DNA of 64,000 bases, from contig CM059431.1 of NCBI GenBank assembly GCA_030390025.1, positions 117,988,001 through 118,052,000 on the forward strand, written 5' to 3'. Of the stretch, positions 1-11,852 are shown one piece after another. Position 1 is the stretch's first letter. The number at the start of each line of letters is the position of its first letter. A model generated the notes under the pieces. It was not told the DNA's origin and made no database searches. It saw nothing but the letters and a program-made list of their open reading frames with translations. The DNA is from Squalus acanthias. Taxonomy: Eukaryota. The translations under genes were made by a program, and so were the position numbers.

Positions 1-3000
1 TTCCTTAATTAATCCACACTTGCCAAGTGACTGTTAATTTTGTCCCTGATTACTGTTTCTAAAAGCTTCCCCACTACCGAGTGTAAGCATCGGAGCAGGC
101 CCCAAGGATTTGTATGATTGTTACTGCTGTTCGACCAGCAGTCTGTTTGGCCCAGTGAGAGGGGCGTCGTGCAGTTGGACCTAGAAGCACAGACACACCT
201 GTGAGTTTCAATTTAATAATGGAAAAGACATTTACTTTGGACAATGAGCGTCTCGATAGGTGATTTAACGGTGAAAAGGTGATTTAACTTTGGACAATGA
301 GACTTCGTGTTTTAATGGGTTTTGATGGATCTTCAATTGGATAAGACAACGATGCCAGTTTTGCTGGAACAATGAACTTCCTGGAACCTTGGGCAAGACA
401 CATCAGCAGTAAGACTAAATCACAGCAAATATGTACCACAGGGAGAGGGAGACAAGATAAGGAATTGTCTTCCATCCCCCAGCCCTGTACATGTCCTGTG
501 GTTTGGATTACTGGGTGAGTATTGGAATACAAGAGTTGGGGGAAGGCCCAGACTTGAAAAGGCGGGAACCAGACAAAGAAGGGTGATTTAAAAGACATCA
601 CTGCAATACACAGACCAGAGTGAACTTTTAGGGTATACAGAGAAGGCAGCTTTGGGCATTCTCTCTCTCTCTCGCTTGCTCTAAACCACCACGAGCAACA
701 AGAGCCTTGTCTTGCTCTTCGACTGTAGGAACAAACCTCGAAACTGGGACTTGGATACTGCATCGGCGATACGGAACCAGGAGACACGCTCTACACAGGG
801 AAGCAGCGAGCAAGAAAACGGACAATCGGGGTGAGCATTGTCCAAGCCCACGCATCCTTAAGACCACCGGTACTGTGTGAGGGGGTGTTGTGTGTCCCAA
901 CCAATCCAGAGGGGCTTAGTGGGAAGATTCTGTGTGTATTATATAGTGTATGTTCCGGGGTTTGTGGGACAAGTCCATGTTATACTCTCTATAGCAACAC
1001 AGTGTGATTTTAGGCATCTTAATATGAGACAGGGGCCTGTTTGACAGGCCAAGTTGTATTGTTGTACTGTTTGTTTTACGCCACAAGGTATTTTACGTAC
1101 TGGAGGCGGGTGTGTGTGTTAACCTTATTAAACACCATACGGTTGAGTCCGAAAAGCTTGTCTGTGTTCCAATCCTGTTCACTGTAATTCCTGTCGTATA
1201 GAGCTAAGTAGGAGGAGTGATTCGAACCACCAAAGCAAACCACCTACACGAGGTCAAACTGACTGGCCTGATCTTTACACCCATTTATGAACAATGGTGT
1301 AACATTTACAATTCTCCAGTCCTCTGGCACCAGCCCCGTATCTAAGGAGGATTGGAATATTATGGCCAGTACCTCCGCGATTTCCGCCCTCAATTCCCTC
1401 AGCATCCTAGGATGCATCCCATCTGCTCCTGGTGATTTATCTACTTTGAGTACAGCCAACCTTTCTAATAGCTCCGCTTTATCAATTTTTATCCTATCAA
1501 GTATCTCCACTTCCTCCTCCTTTAATATATCTATGGCAGCATCCTCATCCTTGGTGAAGACAGATGCAAAGTACTCGTTTGGTACCTCAGCCATACCCTC
1601 TGCCTCCATGCGTAGGTCTCCTTTTTGGTCCCTAATCAGCCCCACCCCTCCTCTTACTACCCTTTTACTATTTATATGCCTGTAGAAGACTTTTGGATTA
1701 CCTTTTATGTTGGTTGCCATTCTATTCTCACACCCTCTCTTTGCCTCTCTTATTTTCTTATTCACTTCTCCTCTGACCTTTCTATATATAGCCTGATTCT
1801 CAGATGTATTTGCAACCTGATATCTGTCATACGTGCTCTTTTTCAGCTTCATCATATTCTCTATTTCTTTCGTCATCCAGGGAGCCCTGACTTTAGTTGC
1901 CCTGCCTTTCCCCCTAGTGGGAATATACCTCAACTGTACCTGAACTATTTTCACTTTAAAGGCAGCCCATTGTTCCATTACAGTTTTGCCTGCCAATTTT
2001 TGATTCCAGTTTACCCGGGCCAGATCCGTTCTCATCCCACTGAAATTGGCCTACCCCCAGTTAAACATTTTTACTCTAGATTGCTCCCTGTCCTTTTCCA
2101 TAGCTAATCTAAACCTTATGATATTATGATCACTGTTCCCTAAATGTTCACCTACTGACACTTGCACCACTTGACCTACCTCATTCCCCAGAACCAGATC
2201 CAGCAGTGCCTCCTCCCTCATTGGGCCAGAAACATACTGATCAATAAAGTTCTCCTGAACACACTTCAGAAATTCTTCCCCTTCTCTGCCCTTAACACTA
2301 TTATGATCCCAGTCTATATTAGGATAGTTGAAGTCCCCCATTATTACTACTCTATAGTTCTTGCACCTCTCTGTAATTTCTCTGCAAATTTGCTCCTCCA
2401 TATCTTTCCCACTATTTGGTGGTCTATAGAATACACTTAGTAGTGTAATGGCACCTCTATTATTGCTTAACTCTAGCCATATAGATTATGTCCTTGACGC
2501 CTCCAGGGCATCCTTCCTCTCCAGCACTGTAACATTCTCCTTAACCAATACTGCCACACCACCTCCTATCTTTCCTTCCCTATCTTTCCTGAACGCTTTA
2601 TAACCAGGAATATTTAATACCCAATCCTGTCCTTTTTTGATCCAGGTGTCAGTTATTGACACAACATCATATTCCCATGTGGCTATTTGTGCCTGCAGCT
2701 CACTTACCTTGTTTACTACGCTTTTTGTGTTCACATATATACACTGTAAACCCATCTTCGACCATCATGTATTCTCTCTTAGTTTGATCCCACCTAATAC
2801 CTTACTATTTCTTACTTTAGTGCTCTCTGCCTCTCCCAAGCCTTTGAGCACTTTATTTCCCCTTTCTAATGTTATATCCTGGTGCCCAGCCCCCTGCCAA
2901 ATTAGCTTAAACCCTCCCCAACAGCACTAGCAAACCTCCCCAGGAGAATATTGGTTCCGGCCCTGTTGAGGTGCAACCCGTTCGGCCTGTACAGGTCTCA

Positions 3001-3415
3001 TCTCCCCCAGAACTGGTCCCAATGCCCCAGGAATCTAAAGCCCTCCCTCTTGCACCATCATTCCAGCCACGCATTCATCTGCGCTATCCTCCTATTTCTA
3101 TACTCACTAGCGCGTGGCACCGAGAGTAATCCGGAGATTACTGCCTTTGAGGTCTTGCTTTTTAATTTCTTTCCTAGCTCCTTGAAATCTGCCTGCAGGA
3201 CCTCATCCCTCTTTCTACCTATGTCGTTGGTACCGATATGGACCACGACCTCTGGCTGTTCACCCTCCCCCCTCAGAATGTTCCGCAGCCGCTTGGTGAC
3301 ATCCTTGACCCTGGCACCGGGAGGCAACATGCCATCCTGGAGCCACAGCTGCGGCTGCAGGAAAGCTTGTCCGCTCCTCTAACTATCGAATCCCCTACCA
3401 CTATTGCTCTCCCAA
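1..3415 (-). mobile_element. CR1-type LINE, 5'-truncated and decayed; runs off the window start; interrupted by a solo LTR at 82-1248
   Basis: Minus-strand ORF fragments in CR1 order: ORF1 SGNH esterase (PGARVKDV...VVVHIGTNDI, 3058-3330); ORF2 AP-endonuclease (CIYVNTKSVVNK...ITDTW at 2486-2755; MGDFNYPNIDW...LDLVL...SDH at 2051-2401); pre-RT region (KSPGADGMHPRMLREL...VPEDWRIVNVTPLF, 1244-2035). Confidence 0.93.
82..1248 (+). mobile_element. Solo LTR (1167 bp), Gypsy- or ERV-like
   Basis: Starts TGTAAG and ends CCTACA. 4-bp TSD CGAG at 78-81 and 1249-1252; removing the insert rejoins the CR1 (ccactacCGAGgtcaaactgac). ATTAAA at 1127. No coding domains. Confidence 0.85.
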
Positions 3416-4114
3416 TTTAGCACTTTAGATGGCCATTTCTGGCCTGGGCCACCTACCGGGCCTGAAAAAGGTGAGCACTTTTCCGCCCTTGTGAAGGCCC
3501 CAAGCAAAATAATAGTGGGTGGATCAGGAGCGAGAATGGGGCAATCAGCTCAGTGCCCCGATTTTCAGAGTTCTGCCACCAGTAGGGGCACTGGCAATCA
3601 GCTCCACTGTGGTTATTCACACATACAGCTGCAATAAACTGAGTCAGCTCAAAAACAATCTACAGCAAGCTATTAATAAATCATAAAACTGCTGCTACTT
3701 CTTGAAATGCACAGGAAGAGTATATAAGCTCATGCAATGGACATTTTTCTTCTCCTTAGACGAAAAGGCTGTTTATAACAGAATGCCACTGAAATCAAAT
3801 AACTGGCAGCACACAGCAACTGTAACCTCTCATCTCCTTTAAGAAGCCCATATGGAAATCATTGGCTGGGTGGCTGTTTACAGTGTGGTTGATGCTCCAG
3901 TGTAGAAGAGGAACACACTCCTGATTCGTATAATTAAAATCGCACACATTATCTGTGGAAATGTGTTGCAGCACGTTTAAAGTGCTGAGTCAGCACTTGT
4001 AACTTGGATATGCTTCCAAGGGTAGAAAAGTAGTCACTATCTGCTGACGCACAGTGTGGCATACACAGTGTTCTCTTAAATGGAGTGCTTCTAAGCAAAG
4101 TGTTAAAGTTGGGA

Positions 4115-4333
4115 TAAAAACAGAAAATGCTGGAAATACTCAGCAGGTCAGGCAGCATCTGTGGAGAGAGAAACAGAGTTAACGTTTCAGGTCGATGACC
4201 CCTCTGATGAAGGGTCATCGACCTGAAACGTTGACTCTGTTTCTCTCTCCATAGATGCTGCCTGACCTGCTGAGTATTTCCAGCATTTTCTGTTTTTATT
4301 TCAGATTTCTAGCATCCGCAGTATTTTGCTTTT
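4115..4333 (+). mobile_element. Short fold-back Penelope-like (pseudo-LTR-derived) element
   Basis: ~85-bp near-perfect inverted repeat (aaaacagaaaatgctgg...gatgaccc / gggtcatcg...cattttctgtttt). 15-bp TSD GTGTTAAAGTTGGGA at 4100-4114 and 4334-4348. Sequence matches the 3' end of the GIY-YIG element at 10716-11948. Confidence 0.88.
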
Positions 4334-4755
4334 GTGTTAAAGTTGGGAATTTGGAGAGAGTGGGGATTCGGAGCAGAGGGGAATGGCACTGTTGCTTTTT
4401 GCCTCAAATACTTACAGTGCTTTGTGTGGCAGGTAAATATTTAGGTTAATCTACTTATAGCTTAACTTAAACTAGATCTAGTAATTATTTAAAAACTAAA
4501 ATATAAGCTAAGTTAATTAATACATAAACTTTAATTAATTAAATAACTAAAACAAGGTTATATAGGGATGGCAGTGCAGGTGGTATGCTGCAACTGCAGT
4601 ATGTGGGAGTTAGTGGAGAGCATTGCGATCCCGGACGACCATGTCTGCAGTAAGTACCTGCATCTCGAGGAACTTCAGCTCAGAGCTGTTGAGCTGGAGT
4701 CTGAAGTGCAGACATTGCGGGGCATCAGGTTGGGTGAGAGTTATCTGGACACTTT

Positions 4756-5022
4756 GGGCTGGATTTTGATACAGGGGCGGGTTGGGGTCGTGTCATCCGC
4801 ATTTTGTGTTATCCACCCGCCTGCAATTGGATGTGGGAGATTGATGCAATTTTCACTTAATTGGGCAATTGAGTTCCAGCATGTGGGAACCCATGAACCA
4901 ATTAATGGTTTCAGTCTGAAAGTTGCCTCTGATGATGTCATCATTGCAGGTCAGAGACTGCCTGGTCTCAGAGATTGCCTGGCCTTTGCTGTGAGAGGAC
5001 CTGGATGCAAAATGAGCAGCAT

Positions 5023-5067
<45 letters not shown>

Positions 5068-5519
5068 CTCCCAGGCATTCTCTGAAGACATTCAATGCAG
5101 CAGCATCAGAGGCGACTTTCAGACCTAATACTACTACTACCTTCATCACAATACTACTACTACCTTCATCACATCTCCGTTGTAATAGTGGACCTGCAGC
5201 TGATAGTCAGCTATCCACTTGTGCTCCACCAGGTTTCACTGGCATGTTTCACATCAGGCGTACTTCACGTCAGATAAGGGTTAAACTAGCTAAAACATTT
5301 CAAAATGGTATTACAGAGCCAATTTAGGGCTTGTTAAGGGCTTTAATGGCCTCTCCCGCCTCTTGGAGGTGGGACGGAGTCGGGAACCCCGCGACCGATT
5401 TTGTCAAAATTGCGTGGAGGCGGAATGGAGTTGGGATGGGGTCGGGACCCCCGAATCTGCAACTTTAACCCCCCACACGCCTCCAAACCCGACTCCATGG
5501 GTCATTGAAAATCCAGCCC
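4756..5519. mobile_element. PIF/Harbinger-type MITE (764 bp) inserted in CR1 ORF1
   Basis: Perfect 12-bp TIR GGGCTGGATTTT / AAAATCCAGCCC and 3-bp TSD TTT. Excision restores the ORF1 frame ...YLDTL-IQEAVTP. Confidence 0.9.
5026..5065. repeat. (GA)n microsatellite inside the MITE
   Basis: About 19 consecutive GA units. Confidence 0.95.
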
Positions 5520-5887
5520 TTTGATCCAGGAGGCAGTCACACCCCTTAGCTTAGGTACTGGTACAGGTTTGGTTAGTGGCCAGGGACAGGAGTATGTGAC
5601 TGTGACTCAGGCAGATAAGGGGAAACCAGGTGCAATGCTGGAGGAGCCTCGGCCTTTGCCCTTATCCAACAGGTATGAGGTTCTTGCTGGCTGTGTGGAT
5701 GAGGGCAAAGTCTGCAGGGTGGATGAGAAAACTGAGCATGGCACTGTGGTACAGGAGGCCATTCAAGTGAGGAGAGTGAAAAATAATGTTGTAGTGATAG
5801 GGGACAGTATAATCAGGGGGAGAGATACTGTTCTCTGCAGCCATGATCAGGTGTTCCCAAGGCTGTGTTGCCTGCCTGGTACCAGGG

Positions 5888-7208
5888 TTATCACTCCATG
5901 TGATATCAAGAAATGACTGAGCGCACTGAATACAGCAAAGGCTATGGGCCCTGAGAACATCCCAGCTGTAGTGCTGAAGACTTGTGCTCCAGAACTAGCC
6001 CACCCTCTAGCCATGCTGTTCTACTACAGCTACAAAACTGGAACCTACCCGACAAAGTGGAAAACTGCCCAGGTATGTCCGGACCACAAAAAGCAGGACA
6101 AATCCAATTACTGCCCCATCAGTCTACTCTCAATTATCAGCAATTATCAAGCGACACTTGCTCACTAATGCTCAGTTTGGGTTCTACCAGGACCACTCAG
6201 CTTCAGACCTCATTACAGCCTTTGTTCAAATTTGGACAAAAGAGCTGAATTCCAGAGGTGAGGTGAGAGTGACTGCCCTTGACATCAAGGCAGCATTTGA
6301 CCGAGTGTGGCATCAAGCAGCCCCCAAAAAATTGAAGTCTATGGGAATCTGAGGGAAAACTTACCACTGGCTGGAGTCATACCTAGAACAAAGGAAGGTG
6401 GTTGTGGTTGTTGGAGGGCAATCAGCTCAGCCCCAGGACATCGCTGCAGGAGTTCTCAGGGCAATGTCCTAGGACCAACCATCATCAGCTGCTTCATCAA
6501 TTACCTTCCCTCCATCATTTGGTTAGAAATGGGGATGTTCGCTGATGATTGCATCGTGTTCAGTTCCATTTGCAACTCTTCAGATAATGAAGCCGTCCAT
6601 GCCCGCATGCAGTAAGACCTGGACAACATTCAGGCTTGGGCTGATAAGTGGCAAGTAACATTTGCGCCACACAAGTGCCAGGCAATGACCATCTCCAAAA
6701 GGAGAGCATCTAACCACCTCCCCTGACATTCAATGACATTATAATTGTCAAACCACCATTGCCCAGAAACTCAACTGGACCAGCACAAGAATACTGTGTC
6801 TACAAGAGCAGGTCAGAGGCTGTTTAGTCTGTGGTGAGTGACTCACCTTCTGACTCCCAAAATATTTTCCGCCATCTACAAGGCACAAATCAGGAGTGTG
6901 ATGGAATACTCTCCACTTGCCTGGATGAGTGCAGCTCCAACAACACTCAAGAAGCTCAACTGCATCCAGGACAAAGCAGCCCGCTTGATTGGCACCCCAT
7001 CCACCACCCTAAACATTCACTATCTCCACCACCAGCGTACCGTGGCTGCAGTGTATACCATCTATCAGATGCACTGCAGCAATTTGCCAAGGCTTCTTCG
7101 ACACCACCTCCCAAACTCATGACCTGTTCCACCTAGAAGGATAAGGGCAGCAGGCACATGGGAACACCACCACCTCCAAGTTCCCCCCAAGTCACACACC
7201 ATCCTGTC
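5888..7208 (+). mobile_element. Non-LTR retrotransposon RT fragment, a different CR1/L2-group family, nested in CR1 ORF1
   Basis: KAMGPENIPAVVLKTCAPELA, QFGF, ALDIKAAFDRVWH, QGNVLGP, MFADD, YKAQIRSVMEY, with frameshifts. The same family's 3' end recurs at 61021-61325. Confidence 0.85.
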
Positions 7209-8296
7209 TTGGATGCTCCTCCGGGCATGATCATCCAGCCCCCGACCACCTCCCACCTGATCCCTCCCTCCTCTCTGTGGCCTAGTGCCGCAGACCTACT
7301 CGCTCGCAGCCAGCCAGCCTCTCCATCTGGCTGGCTGTGTGTGGGAAACAGAGCTTTGAAATGCTAATCAGACCCTGCCATTAAATTCGGCAGGGTTTGT
7401 GGGAAACCCGTTCTCCTGGGTTTCCCGGCCATTTTCTAGCCCCTCTGCTCCCAATTAAAATTCCAGCGTTAGATTCATCACGCAGCACTCCTTAATGTGA
7501 TCAAACTAACTCTGTTGCCTGTGGTCCACGTAGGAACCAACGACATAGGTAGAACTAGGAATGAGGTTCCATTGAGGAAGTTTGAGGAGCTAGGATCCAA
7601 ATTAAAAAGCAAAACCTCAAAGGTAATAATCTCTGGATTGTTACCTGAACCATGCACAAATTGACCTAGGGACAAACAGATTAGAGGTTTAAATGCGTGG
7701 CTCAAAGAGTGGTGTGGGAGGAAGGGGTTTTAGTTCATGGGGCACTGGCACCAGTACTGGGGAAAGAAGGTGTTGTTCCGATGGGACGGGACTCCACTTA
7801 CACCGGGCTGAGACCAGTGTCCTGGTGAATCGAATAACTGGGGCAGTAGAGAGGGCGTTAAACTAATGAAGGGGGGTGGGGTGGGAGGATTTAGGAAAGA
7901 GAAAATTTAAAAGCAGCAAGAGAAATGTCAAGGCTCTAGAGCAGAGTAGAGTTTTGGGTAAAAATAAGCTGAATGGGTCAGGAAGGGACAGAGAGAGTAA
8001 CAAAGGTAATAAGGCATCAGTGACTAAGGGGGCAGCAGGGAAAAATAGAAAAAAGTCAAAGCTAAAGGCACTATATCTGAATGCGCGAAGCATTCGCAAC
8101 AAAATAGATGAATTAATAGCACAGATAGAAATGATTAGGTTTGATCTAATAGCCATTACGGAGACGTGATTGCAAAGTGGCCAAGGTTGGGAATATAAAT
8201 ATTCCAGGATCGAACTTTTAGAAGAGATAGGCAAAATGGAAAAGGAGGAGATGTAGCCCTGATAATAAAGGATGGGATAAAGTCAGTAGAGAGAAA

Positions 8297-9026
8297 GGGG
8301 GAGAAATTCGGTATCGCCCGATTGGGGCGGTAAATTTTGAAATCCTGAAAAATTAGCGCCAGGCGCTAATGATTCTCAACTTCCACGAAATTGGCAGTTA
8401 GCGCTCCAGGAAGGAAGTGGAGCACTAAATCAAGCGCTACCACTTCCCTTGGAGCGCTAAAGCTGGCGGGGGGGGGGAGGGGAGTGGGGCAGTAGCGGTG
8501 CAGCGATGCTCAATGTCAAGGGCAGCGCTGCCGGGAACGGAGGCTCCTTCCCTCCCTTAAAGGGAAGGGCCACCACTGCAGGCTCTACAACAAAATGAGG
8601 TATCTCGTCATCGACGGCATCCGCGAAACGCCAGGGTCAGCCCCAAGCACTCTAGCAGAGTGCAGGGCTGATCGATCACAGCCCAAGAAAATAATGAAAA
8701 ATGAACGTTAGGCTTCACAAAAATTTTTTTCCCCCTGCAACCATCATCCCCTTTAAACAGTGCTCCCGACGCATCCGGCCTCCCAAACAAAGCCACCTGC
8801 AGCGGACGGTGTTGTCACCCAGCAATGTTGCAGGGGGCGGAACCGAATTTCGGGCCCGGGGCGCTACCAGGGTGATGCGCAGGACGGGGCACAGGAGATC
8901 GTGACGCTAGGGGTTACCGCTGCCGCAAACCTCCAGGTGACTTTAGCGGGAGGTAAGTCGTTAGTGCCCCGTTATCACCCCCCAGAGGCGCTAATGGGAG
9001 GCGGTAACCAACCGAATTTCTCCCCC
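8297..9026. mobile_element. PIF/Harbinger-type MITE (730 bp) inserted in the CR1 endonuclease region
   Basis: Perfect 16-bp TIR GGGGGAGAAATTCGGT / ACCGAATTTCTCCCCC. TSD AAA at 8294-8296 and 9027-9029. CpG-rich, with repeated (A)GCGCTA subterminal motifs. Confidence 0.92.
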
Positions 9027-10791
9027 AAAGGATCTTAGCTCGAAAATCAAGAAGTAGAATCAGTTTGGGTGGAGCTAAGAAACATCATGGGGTAGAAATC
9101 ATTGGTGGGAGTTGTTTATAGGCCCCCAAACAGTAGTTGAAATGTAGGGCAGAGTATAAATCAGGAAATTAGAGGTGCATGTAACAAGGGTAATACAATA
9201 ATCATGGGGGACTTTAATCGACATATAGACAGGGCAAACCAAACTTGCAGTAATAGTGTGGATGACAAATTCATAGAATGTATACAAGATAGATTTCTAG
9301 ATCAGTATGTTGAGGAACCAGCTAGGGAACAGGCTATTTTAGATCGAGTATAGTGCAATGAGAAAGGGTTAATTAATAACCTTGTAGTAAAGGGGCCTTT
9401 AGGGAAGTGTGACCATAATATGATAGAATTCTATATTGAGTTTGAAAGTGATTTATTTAAATCCAAAACTAGGGTCTTAAATCTAAACAAAGCAAACTAC
9501 GTAGGTTTAAGGGGTGAGTTGGCTAAGGTAGCTTGGGAAATTACATTAAAAGGTATGATGGTAGACAAGCAATGGCTAGTATTTAAGGAATCAATACATA
9601 ATTTATAACAAATATACATTCCTTTAAGGCATAAAAACCTACAGGAAAAGTGGTCCAACTGTGACTAACAAGAGAAGTTAAAGATTGTATTAGATCAAAG
9701 GAAGAGGCTTATAATGTTGCCAAAAAGAGCAGTATCCTGAGGATTGGGAGGATTTTAGAATTCAGCAAAGGAGGACCAAGAAATTGATAAAGAAATGGAA
9801 AATAGAATGAGAGTAAACTAGCGAGAGACATAAAAACAGACTGTAAAAGCTTCTATAGGTATGTAAAAAGGAAAAGATTAGCAAAATTAAACGTGGGTCC
9901 CTTACAGGTTGAGACAGCAGAAGTTATAATGGGGAATAAGGAAACGCATGGAAGAAGATGTAAAAATCTTCCCGGAAATAGTGGAGAACCAAGGGTCTAG
10001 CGAAAATGAGGAACTAAAAGAAATTAGTATTAGTAAAAAAAAGTACTGGAGAAATTAATGGGACTGAAAGCCGATAAATCCCCTGGACCTGATGGCCTAC
10101 ATCCTAGGGTTTTGAAAGAGGTGTCTATAGAGATAATGGATGCATTGGTTGTCATCCTCCAAAATTCCATAGCGTCTAGAACAGTTCCTGCAGATTGGAA
10201 GGTAGCAAAAACTATTTAAGAAAGGAGAGAGAGAGAAAATGGGGAACTACAGACCAGTTAGCTTGACATCAGTAGTACAGAAAATGCTAGAATCTAGTAT
10301 TAAGGATGTGGGGACAGGGCACTTAGAAATAATAATAGGATTGGGCAGAGTCAACACAGATTTATGAAAAGGAAATCACGTTTGACAAATTTGTTCGAGT
10401 TTTTTGAAGTTGTAACTAGCAGAATAGATAAGGGGGAACCAGTGGATGTGGTGTATTTGGACTTTCATAAGGGATTCGATAAGGTGCCTTACAAGAGGTT
10501 ATTAAACAAAATTAGGGCTCATGGGATTGGGGGTAATATACTAGCATAGACTGAGGATTAGTTAACGGACAGAAAACAGAGAGTAGGAATAAACAGGTCA
10601 TTTTCGGGTTGGTTGGCTGTAACTAGTGGGGTATTGCAAGGATCAGTGCTTGGGCCTCAGCTATTCACAATCCACATCAATGATTTGGATGAGGGGGCAA
10701 ATGTAATATATCCAAAATTCCATTCTCCCAGTTTCTCCATCTCCGCCGCATCTGCTCTGATGATGCCACCTTCCATACCAGTGCTTCCGAC

Positions 10792-11538
10792 ATGTCTTCC
10801 TTTTTCCTCAACCGAGGATTCCCCTCTACCGTGGTCGACACGGCCTTCGACCGTGTCCGTTCTATCTCCCGCACTTCTGCCCTCACCCCTGCCCCTCCCT
10901 CCCGGAACCACGATAGAGTTCCCCTTGTCCTCACCTTTCACCCCACCAGCCTCCACATTCAACGGATCATCCTCCGCCATTTCCGCCACCTCCAGCGTGA
11001 TCCCACCACCAAACACATCTTCCCCTCACCTCCCCTTTCAGCATTCCGCAGGAACCGCTCCCTCCGCGACACCCTAGTCCACTCCTCTACCACCCCCAGC
11101 ACCCCTTCCCCTTCGCCCGGCACCTTCCCGTGCACGCGCAGGAGATGCAACACATGCCCTTACACCTCCCCTCTTCCCACTGTCCAGGGCCCCAAACACC
11201 CCTTCCAGGTGAAACAGCGATTTACTTGTACTTCCTGCAATTTAGTATACTGTATTCGCTGCTCACAATGTGGTCTCCTCTACATTGGGGAGACCAAACG
11301 CAGATTGGGTGACCGCTTTGCGGAACACCTCCGTTCAGTCCGTAAGGGGGACCCCGAGCTCCCGGTGGCCTGTCACTTTAATTCACCGCTTCACTCCCAC
11401 TCTGACCTCACCGTCCTCGGCCTATTACACTGTTCCACGGAAGCGCAGCGTAAGCTCGAGGAACAGCACCTCATCTTTCGTTTAGGCACGCTACAGCCCT
11501 CTGGACTCAATATCGAGTTCAACAATTTTAGATCATAA
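10792..11538 (+). CDS. C-terminal part of Penelope-like polyprotein: RT thumb/linker plus GIY-YIG endonuclease (frame open, 5'-truncated)
   Basis: NRGFP, RVPLVLTFHP, CxxxxCxxC linker, FTCTSCNLVYCIRCSQCGLLYIGETKRRLGDRFAEHL, VACHFN, GLNIE. The start Met is an artefact of truncation. Confidence 0.85.
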   Translation: MSSFFLNRGFPSTVVDTAFDRVRSISRTSALTPAPPSRNHDRVPLVLTFHPTSLHIQRIILRHFRHLQRDPTTKHIFPSPPLSAFRRNRSLRDTLVHSSTTPSTPSPSPGTFPCTRRRCNTCPYTSPLPTVQGPKHPFQVKQRFTCTSCNLVYCIRCSQCGLLYIGETKRRLGDRFAEHLRSVRKGDPELPVACHFNSPLHSHSDLTVLGLLHCSTEAQRKLEEQHLIFRLGTLQPSGLNIEFNNFRS

Positions 11539-11815
11539 CCTCAGCTCCAATCACATTTATATTTTATTTTTTCCACCCTTTTATTTGCCCCCCCCCACCT
11601 TTTTTTTCCGCCTAGAAGCTGGCAGCTGTCCTTCATTCTGCCAGTGGATTTCACACTTCTTTCAGCCTTAATCTGTCACATTAACACCACCTCTAGCCTT
11701 GCATATCTCTTAATGTCTCTTAATGTCTCTTCATCTCCCCCTTTGTTCTTTTATCCCCTCCCCCTTTTCCCAGCTTTACTCTGGCCTTAAATCTATTTGA
11801 TTTCCGGCTCTTCAC

Positions 11816-11852
11816 AGTTCTGACGGAAGGTCATCGACCTGAAACGTTAACT
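11816..11852 (+). ncRNA. Minimal hammerhead ribozyme motif (core A9 mutated)
   Basis: AGTT-CTGACGG-A-AGGTC-atc-GACCT-GAAA-CGTT-AACT. Confidence 0.6.
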
